A stretch of 64,000 bases of DNA from Candidatus Omnitrophota bacterium (GTDB lineage: Bacteria > Omnitrophota > Gorgyraeia > Gygaellales > Profunditerraquicolaceae): assembly GCA_041653055.1 (NCBI GenBank), contig JBAZGD010000001.1, forward strand, positions 13,512-77,511. The letters run 5' to 3'. The position numbers were made by a program, and so were the translations under genes. The notes beneath the pieces are model-generated. The model searched no databases and was not told where the DNA came from. It saw only the letters and a list, made by a program, of their open reading frames with translations. Below, in pieces: positions 17,034 through 26,122 of this stretch (the stretch's first letter is position 1; each line of letters starts with the position of its first letter).

Positions 17034-17990
17034 TTAACGGCAGTGTATTACGTCTCCGGCAATGACTTTCTGGGTTAAACCCGAATCAAGCCTGATTAAC
17101 AACCCTCCGTCAGAATCGACATCTACAGCCTCGCCCTCGACATACTCCCGGTGCGAGTAAACCTTTACCCTTTTGCCCAGGGTGAGCGAAAGCTGGCGCC
17201 ATTTATCGATAACCGCAAGCGGGCCTTTATTTTTAAAAAGGGAATAATTTACCTCCAGCTTATACAATATATTCTGCAATATACCTAGCCGGCTCAGCTC
17301 TGCCCCCTTTTCCTGCCTCAGGCTTGTTGCTTGCGATATTAACGATTTCTTGTCGTTATTTATATTCAACCCTACTCCGATTACCATAAAATTTACCTCA
17401 TCAACTTCAGCCTTAATCTCAGTGAGGATACCACCCAGCTTCTTGTTATGGATCATGATATCATTCGGCCATTTTATCTGTACATCTAAAGCGCAAGATT
17501 CCTTTATCGCCTCGCAAATTCCCACTGCGGCAAGCAAGGTAATTATAGAGGCCTTATCTAAAGCTATCCCTGGCCTTAAAATCATAGAGAAATACAGCCC
17601 TTTATATTTAGGAGAATACCAGATCCTGCCCATCCTCCCCCTGCCCTTAGCCTGTGTTTCCGCCAAGACTACCGTACCCTCGGTTGCTTCTTTCAAGGCA
17701 AGCTGGGTAGCCATATCCATAGTAGAACTTAGGGAATCAAAATAAAGTATTCTCTTTCCAAAATCTTTTGTCTTAAGCCCTTGGTAAACTTGAAAATCAT
17801 ATAATCTATCCGGTATAGAAATAAGGCGGTATCCTAGGTGGGGGACAGCGGTAATATCAAAACCGAGCTCTTTTAAAGATTGTATGTGTTTCCACAATGC
17901 CTGGCGGCTTACCCCCAGGGTTTTACTTAATTCCTCTCCGGAGAGATACCCCTGCCCTTTCTTAAGCAGATAAATTATCCTATCTTCCAT
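17034..17990 (-). CDS. birA: Bifunctional biotin ligase / biotin-operon repressor
   Basis: N-terminal HTH (LSGEELSKTLGVSRQALWKHI) and the GRGRMGRIWYSP biotin-binding loop. 318 aa. Confidence 0.9.
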   Translation of the reverse strand: MEDRIIYLLKKGQGYLSGEELSKTLGVSRQALWKHIQSLKELGFDITAVPHLGYRLISIPDRLYDFQVYQGLKTKDFGKRILYFDSLSSTMDMATQLALKEATEGTVVLAETQAKGRGRMGRIWYSPKYKGLYFSMILRPGIALDKASIITLLAAVGICEAIKESCALDVQIKWPNDIMIHNKKLGGILTEIKAEVDEVNFMVIGVGLNINNDKKSLISQATSLRQEKGAELSRLGILQNILYKLEVNYSLFKNKGPLAVIDKWRQLSLTLGKRVKVYSHREYVEGEAVDVDSDGGLLIRLDSGLTQKVIAGDVIHCR

Positions 17991-17992
17991 GA

Positions 17993-19156
17993 TTATTTCT
18001 TCTCATAAAGCGGGGACATAGCGCGTAACTTTTCCACAATCTTAGGCAAGTGTTTTAAGAAGTAATCTATATCGCTTTCACCCGTCCATCTTCCTAGGGT
18101 TATCCTTAATGAACCATGCGCAGTAGCATGGTCTAAACCTATCCCCAAGAGTACATGTGAGGGCTCAAGCGAACTGGAGGTGCAGGCAGAACCCGTAGAA
18201 ACAGCGATATTAAGCACATCTAAACTAAGCAGCATTGATTCGCCTTCAATGTATTTTACGGAAAAATTAACATTATTAGGGAGCCTTAAATAAGGATGGC
18301 CGTTCAACTTAACCTCGGGTATGCTTTTAGGTATCTCCTCTATCATTCTATCCCTTAAAGCTGTTTGAGCCTTTATTTCACTATCCATATTATTTCGGCA
18401 TAATTCTACGGCCTTTCCTAAACCTACAATCCCAGGGGTATTATAAGTCGATGCCCTTCTACCCTTTTCCTGGTCTCCCCCGTAAAGCAACCTTTCCATC
18501 CGGCTTCCTCTCCTTATATATAAAGCCCCAACCCCTTTAGGCCCATAAAACTTATGGGCAGAAAGAGAGAGAAAATCTACATTAAGATCAATAACGTTGA
18601 CCGGAATATGTCCCACAGTCTGCACCGCATCAGTATGGAAATAAACCCCCTTTGTTCTGGCAATCTTACCGATCTCTTTAATCGGCTGTATTGTTCCAAT
18701 CTCATTATTGGCGTGCATTATACTTATAAGTATGGTCTTATCAGTGATCGCCTTGTTCAGGTCTTCAGGAGAGACCAGGCCATCCTTGTCTACCTTTAAA
18801 TAGGTAACCTTAAAGCCTTTCTTTTCAAGGTAATCGCAAGACTGGCTTACGGCATGATGTTCAATAGCAGAAGTAATAATATGGTTGCCTTTGCCTGATA
18901 GGGCGGCGGCAACCCCTAAGATAACATTATTATTTGACTCTGTGCCTCCCGATGTAAAGATTATTTCATCAGGAAGTGCCCCTATAAATGAAGCAAGCCC
19001 TTCCCGGCTATCCTCCACGCCCTTCTTAGCCTCCTGCCCAAAAGAATGCATGCTGGAAGCGTTACCCGGCTTATCAAAGAAAAAAGGCTCCATAGCCTTT
19101 AATACCTGAGGGTCACAGGGAGCAGTAGCTGCGTAATCTAAATAGACTCTTTTCAT
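17993..19156 (-). CDS. nifS: Cysteine desulfurase (NifS/IscS class)
   Basis: SAHKFYGPKGVGALYIRRG PLP-lysine motif and GSACTS active-site Cys loop. I prefer start ATG 19156 (MKRVYLDYAATAP) because the track start at 19216 would overlap the upstream gene by 46 nt. Confidence 0.9.
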   Translation of the reverse strand: MKRVYLDYAATAPCDPQVLKAMEPFFFDKPGNASSMHSFGQEAKKGVEDSREGLASFIGALPDEIIFTSGGTESNNNVILGVAAALSGKGNHIITSAIEHHAVSQSCDYLEKKGFKVTYLKVDKDGLVSPEDLNKAITDKTILISIMHANNEIGTIQPIKEIGKIARTKGVYFHTDAVQTVGHIPVNVIDLNVDFLSLSAHKFYGPKGVGALYIRRGSRMERLLYGGDQEKGRRASTYNTPGIVGLGKAVELCRNNMDSEIKAQTALRDRMIEEIPKSIPEVKLNGHPYLRLPNNVNFSVKYIEGESMLLSLDVLNIAVSTGSACTSSSLEPSHVLLGIGLDHATAHGSLRITLGRWTGESDIDYFLKHLPKIVEKLRAMSPLYEKK

Positions 19157-19170
19157 ATTATTGGCTGCTA

Positions 19171-19578
19171 TTAAAAGTGGACTTCCATAGCACGCGGAGG
19201 GCAAATTTTGACACAAAGCTCACAGGCGATACATTTTTTATTATCAAATTTTACCTTACGCGTCTGCTTATCTACCGTAAGCGCCTCCGTCGGACAGATT
19301 GGTACGCAAACCCCGCAGTTAGTGCACTTAACCTCATTTCTCACTACATCCTGGCTTAATGGCTGCATCCTGACCCCGCAGCCCTTCAAGTATTCTATCC
19401 CTTTATCGAAATTATCCCTTTTCCCGATTAATTCCAAAACCATAAGCCCTTCTTCTTCAGGGGTAACAAAGGCCTTGAGGATATTAAACTGCAAATCATA
19501 TTCTTTAACCAGTTTATAAACAATCGGCTGATTAACCAGGCGATGCGGAAAATGTAAGACTATCCTCTTTGAGACCAT
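19171..19578 (-). CDS. NIL-domain / 2x[4Fe-4S] ferredoxin protein (partner of COG1900)
   Basis: N-terminal NIL-like fold (PIVYKLVKEYDLQFNILKA) and two CxxCxxCxxxCP motifs (CTNCGVCVPICP, CIACELCVKICP). Confidence 0.8.
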   Translation of the reverse strand: MVSKRIVLHFPHRLVNQPIVYKLVKEYDLQFNILKAFVTPEEEGLMVLELIGKRDNFDKGIEYLKGCGVRMQPLSQDVVRNEVKCTNCGVCVPICPTEALTVDKQTRKVKFDNKKCIACELCVKICPPRAMEVHF

Positions 19579-19580
19579 TT

Positions 19581-20795
19581 TTACTCCTCTTTCTTTAAGG
19601 CCGGCCTTTCCTTGAGCATCTTAAAACCATAACCTGAATCTGCCTGAGGCAGAGGGGATACCGGCTCACTTAAAAGAAAATTACCCTTCTTAATCCAATC
19701 CTTGAGCTCTTCGCAGATTTCGCGTGCCTTTGAATAGCTAGAAAGATTACCGGTTAAGACCTCTTTGCCCTGGACAATGATCTTTCCGCTCTTCAGCTCA
19801 TCATAACTTACCTCGCCCAAAGAACCAGGCAGGCAGTTAGGATAACTTACGCTATAATCCACAACCTGAGCGTATATGCCTTTATCCGGGACTGCCGCAT
19901 AATTTAGGACCTCTTCATCTAATACCGGGATAGGAAGGCCTATGCCGACAATAAGCGTAGAACCATAACCAAGCATGCTTGTGCCTACCAGCCAACTCTT
20001 ATTCATCTGTTTTAAGTCGCCTATAACCGCAAGCGTACCAGCAGGCACTTGGGGTATGCCATTATCTTTACGCAATACAGAAGGATTATGCTGGGTGCCG
20101 TGCCAGGCAATATAACCTACCCCTCCCCCCAAAAATATCTTCGTACCTATGCCAAATGTCCGATAGTACGGATCTTTTAATAAAGGGGATAATTGGCCGG
20201 CTGAGCAATAATTAGCATTGCCTAAATTAGGCTTGAGCATCCCCATATAGGTATATATCGGCTTATCGGATAAATTAACCGCCACATTATAATTCTGGTA
20301 GCAGTTACGGATATTAAAAAGCACCGCCTCATTCATATCCTTGATATTAATCAAGGTCTCTATTTTCCTGCGCGGATAGCAATCTGTGCCGTAAGCAGTT
20401 GCCTCCAGTCGGACATCCTCTCCGGAAACCAACTCCTGAATGACATGCCCGCCTCCGTATTTAAACTCTCCCGGGTAAACCTTATTACGCGGGTCATCAT
20501 CGGGCAGAGCTGTTGCACCTAAATAAATATCTACTGCCCCAAAACCTGTATAACAGGGTACGTCATTAAGTTTACAACCCCCCCCTCCTACTTTTATACG
20601 CGGCTTAGAGTGGCCGATATTAAAATAAGCACCCGATGAACACATCGGCCCAAAAGTCCCGCAGGTAACTACATCTACCTCCTGGGCGGCCTTCTTTGCC
20701 CCTTTTTTCTGGACAAGGTCAATCACCTCTTCGGCGGTAACTACGACAACTTCACCCTTTTTAATCTTCTCATTTATCTCTTTTATAGTCTTCAT
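19581..20795 (-). CDS. Homocysteine biosynthesis protein, COG1900/DUF39 family
   Basis: 404 aa. MKTIKEINEKIKKGEVVVVTAEEVIDLV...DVVTCGTFGPMCSSGAYFN matches the DUF39 family as I remember it from methanogens. Confidence 0.75.
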   Translation of the reverse strand: MKTIKEINEKIKKGEVVVVTAEEVIDLVQKKGAKKAAQEVDVVTCGTFGPMCSSGAYFNIGHSKPRIKVGGGGCKLNDVPCYTGFGAVDIYLGATALPDDDPRNKVYPGEFKYGGGHVIQELVSGEDVRLEATAYGTDCYPRRKIETLINIKDMNEAVLFNIRNCYQNYNVAVNLSDKPIYTYMGMLKPNLGNANYCSAGQLSPLLKDPYYRTFGIGTKIFLGGGVGYIAWHGTQHNPSVLRKDNGIPQVPAGTLAVIGDLKQMNKSWLVGTSMLGYGSTLIVGIGLPIPVLDEEVLNYAAVPDKGIYAQVVDYSVSYPNCLPGSLGEVSYDELKSGKIIVQGKEVLTGNLSSYSKAREICEELKDWIKKGNFLLSEPVSPLPQADSGYGFKMLKERPALKKEE

Positions 20796-20807
20796 TAAAT
20801 TAATCCT

Positions 20808-21029
20808 TTATATCGCGATAACTTCCTTTATTTCCGGCACATCCTCTTTTATAATCCTCTCAATACCCATCTTTAAAGTCATTGAACTCATCGGGCAGCA
20901 GCCGCAGCTTCCCTTTAACCTAACCTTGACTATGCCATCAGCGGTTACTTCAACTAACTCAACATTACCCCCGTCAGCCTGCAGCATAGGCCTTACCTTT
21001 TCAAGTGCTTTCTCAACCCTTTCTTTCAT
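20808..21029 (-). CDS. NifU-like Fe-S cluster scaffold/carrier domain protein
   Basis: 73 aa. VRPMLQADGGNVELVEV...GSCGCCPMSSMTLK is the NifU C-terminal domain pattern. Confidence 0.85.
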   Translation of the reverse strand: MKERVEKALEKVRPMLQADGGNVELVEVTADGIVKVRLKGSCGCCPMSSMTLKMGIERIIKEDVPEIKEVIAI

Positions 21030-21089
21030 AATATTCTCCTTTTATTTGGCACCTTCTTAAGAATTTACTTATTTTAATTATAACATGGC

Positions 21090-21710
21090 TCAAGATGCTA
21101 AGCCAATGTTTATTTCCTCAAGAAACCTGGATATCTCTGCCTTGATATTACTTTTACCCACCACAGCAGAAATAGCGCAAAGTGAATCTGCCCCTGCCTT
21201 TATAACATCCCGGGCATTAACGATATTAATCCCTCCAATGGCAACAATAGGAATTTTATACTTCTTTCTTATTTTAGTAATCAAGGCTAAGCCCACAGGC
21301 TTGCCTGCATCTAATTTAGTATTAGTTGCAAAAACAGGGGCAACACCCAGATAATCTACGCCACAGCTAACCGCCTCTTCTGCTTGGGCCATGGAATGGA
21401 CAGTTAAACCGATTATCTTATCCTTTCCTAATATTTTACGCGTTAAACTAACCGGCATATCAGATTGCCCCAAATGCACCCCGTCTGCTTTTACCGCCTG
21501 GACAATATCAATACGGTCATTTATTACAAAAAGCTCCTTCCGGCAAATCTTACGCAGCTTCATGGCCTCTTTAATCATCAATTTGGTGCTAATATATTTA
21601 CTCCTATACTGTATTGCGCAGGCACCTGCGCGACAAGCCTCCCTTACATCGCTAATAATCCCCGCCCTGCTTAAAGAAGCATCGGTTATAAAATAAAATC
21701 CTCTTAGCAT
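21090..21710 (-). CDS. thiE: Thiamine-phosphate synthase
   Basis: 206 aa. LRGFYFITD start, GVHLGQSD and GVDYLGVAPVFAT motifs. Confidence 0.85.
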   Translation of the reverse strand: MLRGFYFITDASLSRAGIISDVREACRAGACAIQYRSKYISTKLMIKEAMKLRKICRKELFVINDRIDIVQAVKADGVHLGQSDMPVSLTRKILGKDKIIGLTVHSMAQAEEAVSCGVDYLGVAPVFATNTKLDAGKPVGLALITKIRKKYKIPIVAIGGINIVNARDVIKAGADSLCAISAVVGKSNIKAEISRFLEEINIGLAS

Positions 21711-22534
21711 TTTATTCTCTGCATGCGCGAAATTGTTACGTTTTTAAGATTATATAAGGAATCAAAAAGGTGGACCTTGAAACTTCCCGGGCCATTGGAT
21801 TTCTTAGCAGCAAGCTCTCCCGCCACTCCAAAACAGACTAAACCCGAGACAGCTGCTTTAACTAAATCTTCTTCTACTGCCGCAAACGCACCGATTACTG
21901 AAGCAGCCATACAACCCGTCCCTACTAAACTAGCCATTAATTTGTCCCCGTTAGAAACAAAATAGGTCATCTTGCCGTTAGTAACTATATCCTCTCGCCC
22001 GGTAGCAACCACAACGCATTTCTTTGCAATGGCCAGGCCTGATGCCAATCTTTTGATATCCATGGCAATACCTGAGCTGTCTACTCCTTTAGTTTTGACA
22101 TTTTCACCGCAGGTCCGGGCTATCTCCGAATAATTCCCTTTAATTACATCAATCCTCGTCTCGATAAGCAGCTCTTTGCATTTTTGGTCCCGTAAAGAAG
22201 TAGCCCCGGACCCACAAACATCAAGAATTACCGGAATTTTCCTTTTATTTGCAGCAGTTGCCGCCCTCTTCATTGCTTCCACAAAATCAACGGTAAGCGT
22301 TCCTATATTTAAAACTAAACTTGAGGAAATGGCGGCCATATCTTCAACCTCCTCTATGGCATGGGCCATTACAGGAGATGCGCCTATTGACTTAACCGCC
22401 TGCGCGCAATCATAAATAGTAACCCAATTGGTAAGATGGTGAATAAGGGGAGATGCCGCCTTAACCTTATCTAATAAAATACCTGGGGTTATCTCCTGTA
22501 AGCTCCGGTAATGCTCAACGCGCATATTCTTCAT
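21704..22534 (-). CDS. thiM: Hydroxyethylthiazole kinase
   Basis: [11 protein letters not shown] and NIGTL motifs; GTGCM near the C-terminus. 276 aa. Overlaps both neighbours. Confidence 0.85.
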   Translation of the reverse strand: MKNMRVEHYRSLQEITPGILLDKVKAASPLIHHLTNWVTIYDCAQAVKSIGASPVMAHAIEEVEDMAAISSSLVLNIGTLTVDFVEAMKRAATAANKRKIPVILDVCGSGATSLRDQKCKELLIETRIDVIKGNYSEIARTCGENVKTKGVDSSGIAMDIKRLASGLAIAKKCVVVATGREDIVTNGKMTYFVSNGDKLMASLVGTGCMAASVIGAFAAVEEDLVKAAVSGLVCFGVAGELAAKKSNGPGSFKVHLFDSLYNLKNVTISRMQRIKC

Positions 22535-23447
22535 AAAGCCATGTAGAAAGATATCTCTCTCCGGTGCTAGGCAAGATAGTAACTATTATCTTACCTTTTG
22601 ATTCCTTCCTGCGAGCTACCTCAAGAGATGCCCATACTGCCGCGCCGCTGGAGATCCCGGCAAAAATCCCCTCTTCTTTAGCCAACCTTCTGGCTACCTC
22701 TCCGGCATCCTCATGACGGACTTGCATTATCTCATCTATTATACTTAAATTTAATATCTTCGGGACAAAGCCTGCGCCTATGCCCTGGATCTTGTGCTGT
22801 CCGGACTTTCCCTGCGATAGAATAGGGGAATCTTTCGGTTCAAGGCCTATAACTTTAACAGAAGGCCTGCGTTCTCTCAAAACCTCCCCCACTCCGGTAA
22901 TTGTCCCGCCGGTGCCTATTCCTGCTATAAATATATCCACATTACCTTCACTGTCGCGCCAGATCTCCTCGGCGGTAGTTTCACGATGGATCCTTGGATT
23001 AGCAGGATTATTAAACTGCTGCGGGATATAACTATCCGGGATTGTTTTCATCAGGCTTTCAGCCTTCTCTATTGCCCCCCTCATCCCTTTTGACCCTTCG
23101 GTCAAGACCACCTCAGCCCCGAGGGCACGCAGAAGCTGCCTTCTTTCAACGCTCATTGTTTCAGGCATAGTCAGAATCAACCTGTAACCTTTCTCTGCCG
23201 CTACAAAAGCCAAGGCAATACCCGTATTGCCGCTGGTAGGCTCAATAATTACCGAACCATTTCTTAATAAACCTTTTTTTTCCGCATCCTCAATCATTGC
23301 CACGCCGATTCTATCTTTAACGCTGGATAAGGGGTTAAAAAACTCCAATTTTGCGTATATAGTGGCTTCTAATCCGCTAGAAAGTTTATTAAGCCTGACA
23401 AGGGGAGTATTCCCGATAGTTTTAGATACGCTGGATTTTATATTCAT
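22515..23447 (-). CDS. cysK: Cysteine synthase A (O-acetylserine sulfhydrylase)
   Basis: IGNTPLVRL, the PLP-lysine motif [11 protein letters not shown] and GTGGTITG. 310 aa. Confidence 0.9.
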   Translation of the reverse strand: MNIKSSVSKTIGNTPLVRLNKLSSGLEATIYAKLEFFNPLSSVKDRIGVAMIEDAEKKGLLRNGSVIIEPTSGNTGIALAFVAAEKGYRLILTMPETMSVERRQLLRALGAEVVLTEGSKGMRGAIEKAESLMKTIPDSYIPQQFNNPANPRIHRETTAEEIWRDSEGNVDIFIAGIGTGGTITGVGEVLRERRPSVKVIGLEPKDSPILSQGKSGQHKIQGIGAGFVPKILNLSIIDEIMQVRHEDAGEVARRLAKEEGIFAGISSGAAVWASLEVARRKESKGKIIVTILPSTGERYLSTWLYEEYAR

Positions 23448-23450
23448 ATT

Positions 23451-23891
23451 TTATATTTGATAGACCAGGCTCTCGCTGGGGCCAATCGCCTTCTTTGCCA
23501 ATTCTTCGAAATTAACCCTATCAATGATTCTATTAGTTGCCTCATTAACCTGAAACCATATATCCCTAAAAACACAATTAGACAACTCCTTGCAACCACT
23601 ATATGTTTTCCTGACACATGCTATAGGCTCGGTAGATCCTACAATAAACCTTACGACTTCCCCTAAGGTTATCTGAGATGGATCCTTAGATAGAAAATAA
23701 CCTCCCACATTACCCCTACGGCTTTCTACAAACCCTCCTTTTTTAAGCTCAGCTAATATCTGCTCTAAGAACTTTATTGGGATATCCAAACGCCTAGCCA
23801 GCCCAGGGACTGAAACAGGATTAGCGCCATAATTAATAGCTAAATTTAACATTGTTTTTAATGCATAGTCGGCTTTATAAGTAATACGCAT
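23451..23891 (-). CDS. Rrf2-family transcriptional regulator (CymR/IscR-like by context)
   Basis: MRITYKADYALKTMLNLA start and a winged helix (IPIKFLEQILAELKKGGFVESRRGNVGGYFL). It sits 3 nt upstream of cysK. Confidence 0.85.
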   Translation of the reverse strand: MRITYKADYALKTMLNLAINYGANPVSVPGLARRLDIPIKFLEQILAELKKGGFVESRRGNVGGYFLSKDPSQITLGEVVRFIVGSTEPIACVRKTYSGCKELSNCVFRDIWFQVNEATNRIIDRVNFEELAKKAIGPSESLVYQI

Positions 23892-23915
23892 ATTTATCCT
23901 TTATCTATATTATCC

Positions 23916-23958
23916 CTATAATTATAGTATAGTATAATCTAGAATAGCTTTTTGTCAA
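23916..23958 (-). promoter_or_regulatory. Promoter TTGACA -16- TATACT with palindromic candidate operator CTATAATTATAG
   Basis: -35 at 23953-23958 and -10 at 23931-23936. A perfect 12-bp palindrome at 23916-23927 covers the expected TSS. Confidence 0.5.
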
Positions 23959-23975
23959 GTTTTTTTATTAATCTC

Positions 23976-24893
23976 TTAGTTCCTGCTTAAATAATTAAAC
24001 GCGCCTAAGGAAGCTTTTGAACCCTCGCCTGCGGCAATAATGATCTGCTTTTCAGGGGTATCAGTAACATCCCCTGCGGCGAAAATTCCGGGAATATTGG
24101 TTTCATTATGAGAGTTGATCTTAATTTCCCCGCGGGAATTCTTTTCTACATCTTTTATAAATCCTGAATTGGGGATAAGCCCGGCCTCCACAAAAACCCC
24201 CTGGACAAATATCTCTTCTTCCTTTGCCTGGGAAACAACCTTTATCTTCTCTACAAATTTACCCCCTAACACCGCGCGGACTTGAGAGTTATTCTTTATA
24301 ACCGTATTCCCGGCGGATTCCACTTTCTGCCTCATAATTAAGTCTCCGCCCAAACTTAAGGTATTGTTAATTATATAAACTTTACGGGCGATTTTTATTA
24401 ATTGCAACGCTGCATCTAGCGCGGAATTTCCTCCTCCGATTATTGCCACATCCTTTCCAGCAAAAAGCGGGCCGTCGCAGGTAGCGCAATAGGTAAGCCC
24501 CTTATTCTTAAATTCTTTTTCTCCCGATACCCCCAGCTCTCTTGACCGTTTTCCAGAAGCAATAATTACAGTTTTAGATTGGTACTCGCCCCTGAACGTC
24601 TTAACTAAAATATCCTTATCTAGCTTCCTGATTTCTAAGACTTTTTCCTTCTCCTTTACCGGAATATCATATTTTCGCATATGCTCTTCGAACTTCTGCG
24701 CAAGCTCGGGCCCGCTGATGAACTGGTAACCGGTATAATTTTCAATATCCCCGCTCCAGGCAGCCTGCCCTCCGATATCGCCGGTTAAAACCAAAAAATC
24801 CATCTTCTTGCGTGCAGCATATACTGCCGCAGTAATCCCGGCAGGCCCTGCGCCGACTATAATTAAATCGTACATCTTTTGTTTACTCCCCAT
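23976..24893 (-). CDS. trxB: Thioredoxin-disulfide reductase family flavoprotein
   Basis: GAGPAG FAD motif, redox-active CATCDG and GGGNSA NAD(P)H motif. 305 aa. Confidence 0.85.
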   Translation of the reverse strand: MGSKQKMYDLIIVGAGPAGITAAVYAARKKMDFLVLTGDIGGQAAWSGDIENYTGYQFISGPELAQKFEEHMRKYDIPVKEKEKVLEIRKLDKDILVKTFRGEYQSKTVIIASGKRSRELGVSGEKEFKNKGLTYCATCDGPLFAGKDVAIIGGGNSALDAALQLIKIARKVYIINNTLSLGGDLIMRQKVESAGNTVIKNNSQVRAVLGGKFVEKIKVVSQAKEEEIFVQGVFVEAGLIPNSGFIKDVEKNSRGEIKINSHNETNIPGIFAAGDVTDTPEKQIIIAAGEGSKASLGAFNYLSRN

Positions 24894-24899
24894 TAATAC

Positions 24900-25139
24900 T
24901 TATTGCAACCCCAATAATTGCTTGATTCTCTCCTTATCAAAACCAACAATTATTTCTCCTTCGATATCAAGCACCGGGACACCCATTTGCCCTGAAATCT
25001 TAACCATTTCATCAGCTTTTTCAGGGTTAGCGCCAACATCAAAATCCTCGAAAACAATATTACTATCCTTCAGGAACTGTTTAACACGCACACACCAGGG
25101 GCAGGTAGCGGTACTATACACTTTAACGTTTTTTGACAT
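24900..25139 (-). CDS. Glutaredoxin-like small redox protein (CPWC)
   Basis: 79 aa. VKVYSTATCPWCVRVKQFL and GVPVL motifs. Confidence 0.8.
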   Translation of the reverse strand: MSKNVKVYSTATCPWCVRVKQFLKDSNIVFEDFDVGANPEKADEMVKISGQMGVPVLDIEGEIIVGFDKERIKQLLGLQ

Positions 25140-25152
25140 GTTTATCCCCTTT

Positions 25153-25629
25153 CTAGATTACCGCCAGTAATTCAGTTAGCTGGCGAAGGTGCATATTCTC
25201 CTGCTCAATTAGGTAATCAACTATTTTCTTATCTTCACCGGGAACAACCTTTTTTATCCCTTCATAAAAAATAACGGACTCCCTTTCAAAATTTATCGCC
25301 TTTTCTACTGCTGCTTTCTCGGTTTTAATAGAACCGGCTATTACAATACCCGTATTTTCCTTGGTAAAGACCTGTTCGCTTGCCAAAGAACTCATGTAGG
25401 CAAAATAGTCATCAGAAACCAAACCTTCATCTTTAAATTTACCGGCTTTTTCCAAAATACCCTGAAAAGCCTTAATGTGTTTTTCCTCCTCCCTGGCCAG
25501 AAACTTAAATACCTCCTGGACCTTAATATTCTTAATGCTTCCGGAAAGGGAATTGTAGAAATCCCTTCCATTCTTCTCAATCTGTATTCCGATCTCCACT
25601 ATTTCGCTTCCCGAAAAAATATCTCCCAT
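25153..25629 (-). CDS. Rubrerythrin/ferritin-like diiron-domain protein (no rubredoxin domain)
   Basis: Four-helix ExxH pattern (EKNGRDFY, EEEKH, ERESVIFY, EQENMH). 158 aa. Confidence 0.6.
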   Translation of the reverse strand: MGDIFSGSEIVEIGIQIEKNGRDFYNSLSGSIKNIKVQEVFKFLAREEEKHIKAFQGILEKAGKFKDEGLVSDDYFAYMSSLASEQVFTKENTGIVIAGSIKTEKAAVEKAINFERESVIFYEGIKKVVPGEDKKIVDYLIEQENMHLRQLTELLAVI

Positions 25630-25651
25630 TACCTTCTCCTCTTATTATTAC

Positions 25652-26113
25652 CTACTTTAGATGCGCCGGGGTAAGATCAACGGCTTCTTCGACTTCCAGG
25701 ACAATCATATATTTGGGCTTAGGCAAAGATGCCTCCGGATGCCCTTTATGCCCTTTTTCTTCGCGGATATTCTTAAGAAGCCGCTGCGTAAGCCTGCCGG
25801 TAATCCTCTCTTCCCAGCTTTTTACAATATTTTCAGTCAACTCCTCCTCGTGAATTAACCTTGCCCTTCCTTTAAGGCAAAAACCCTTAAACCTATGCTC
25901 ATCAAAAGCAGTTGCGCTGGCGGATGGATTTATCTTTAAATTCTTGAAGGTCTGCCCGTGGTAGGCATCAAGAAAATAGGCTCGCCCGGACTCTTCAATT
26001 TTAATCATCCCCTTGCAAGAAGCATGGGGGAAACCCTTGCTGTCGATTGTGGTTATAATTACACAACCCTGGCTTTCAAAAAAATTTATTATTTCACTGG
26101 CTAGTTTCACCAT
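25652..26113 (-). CDS. Pyridoxamine 5'-phosphate oxidase-like FMN-binding split-barrel protein
   Basis: 153 aa. The composition and pattern are typical of the PNPOx-like family. Weak, based on recognition only. Confidence 0.5.
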   Translation of the reverse strand: MVKLASEIINFFESQGCVIITTIDSKGFPHASCKGMIKIEESGRAYFLDAYHGQTFKNLKINPSASATAFDEHRFKGFCLKGRARLIHEEELTENIVKSWEERITGRLTQRLLKNIREEKGHKGHPEASLPKPKYMIVLEVEEAVDLTPAHLK

Positions 26114-26122
26114 GAATATTGG

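Noticed and set aside
19157-19216. 46-nt overlap between the NifS ORF and the NIL-ferredoxin gene
   Set aside because: This is an artefact of taking the longest ORF. The conserved NifS N-terminus (MKRVYLDYAATAP) starts at ATG 19156, which removes the overlap.
22500-22560. Expected TPP riboswitch upstream of thiM
   Set aside because: thiM overlaps the 3' end of cysK, so there is no non-coding space, and I saw no CUGAGA/ACCUGAUCUGGAUAAUGCCAGCG-like core in the vicinity.
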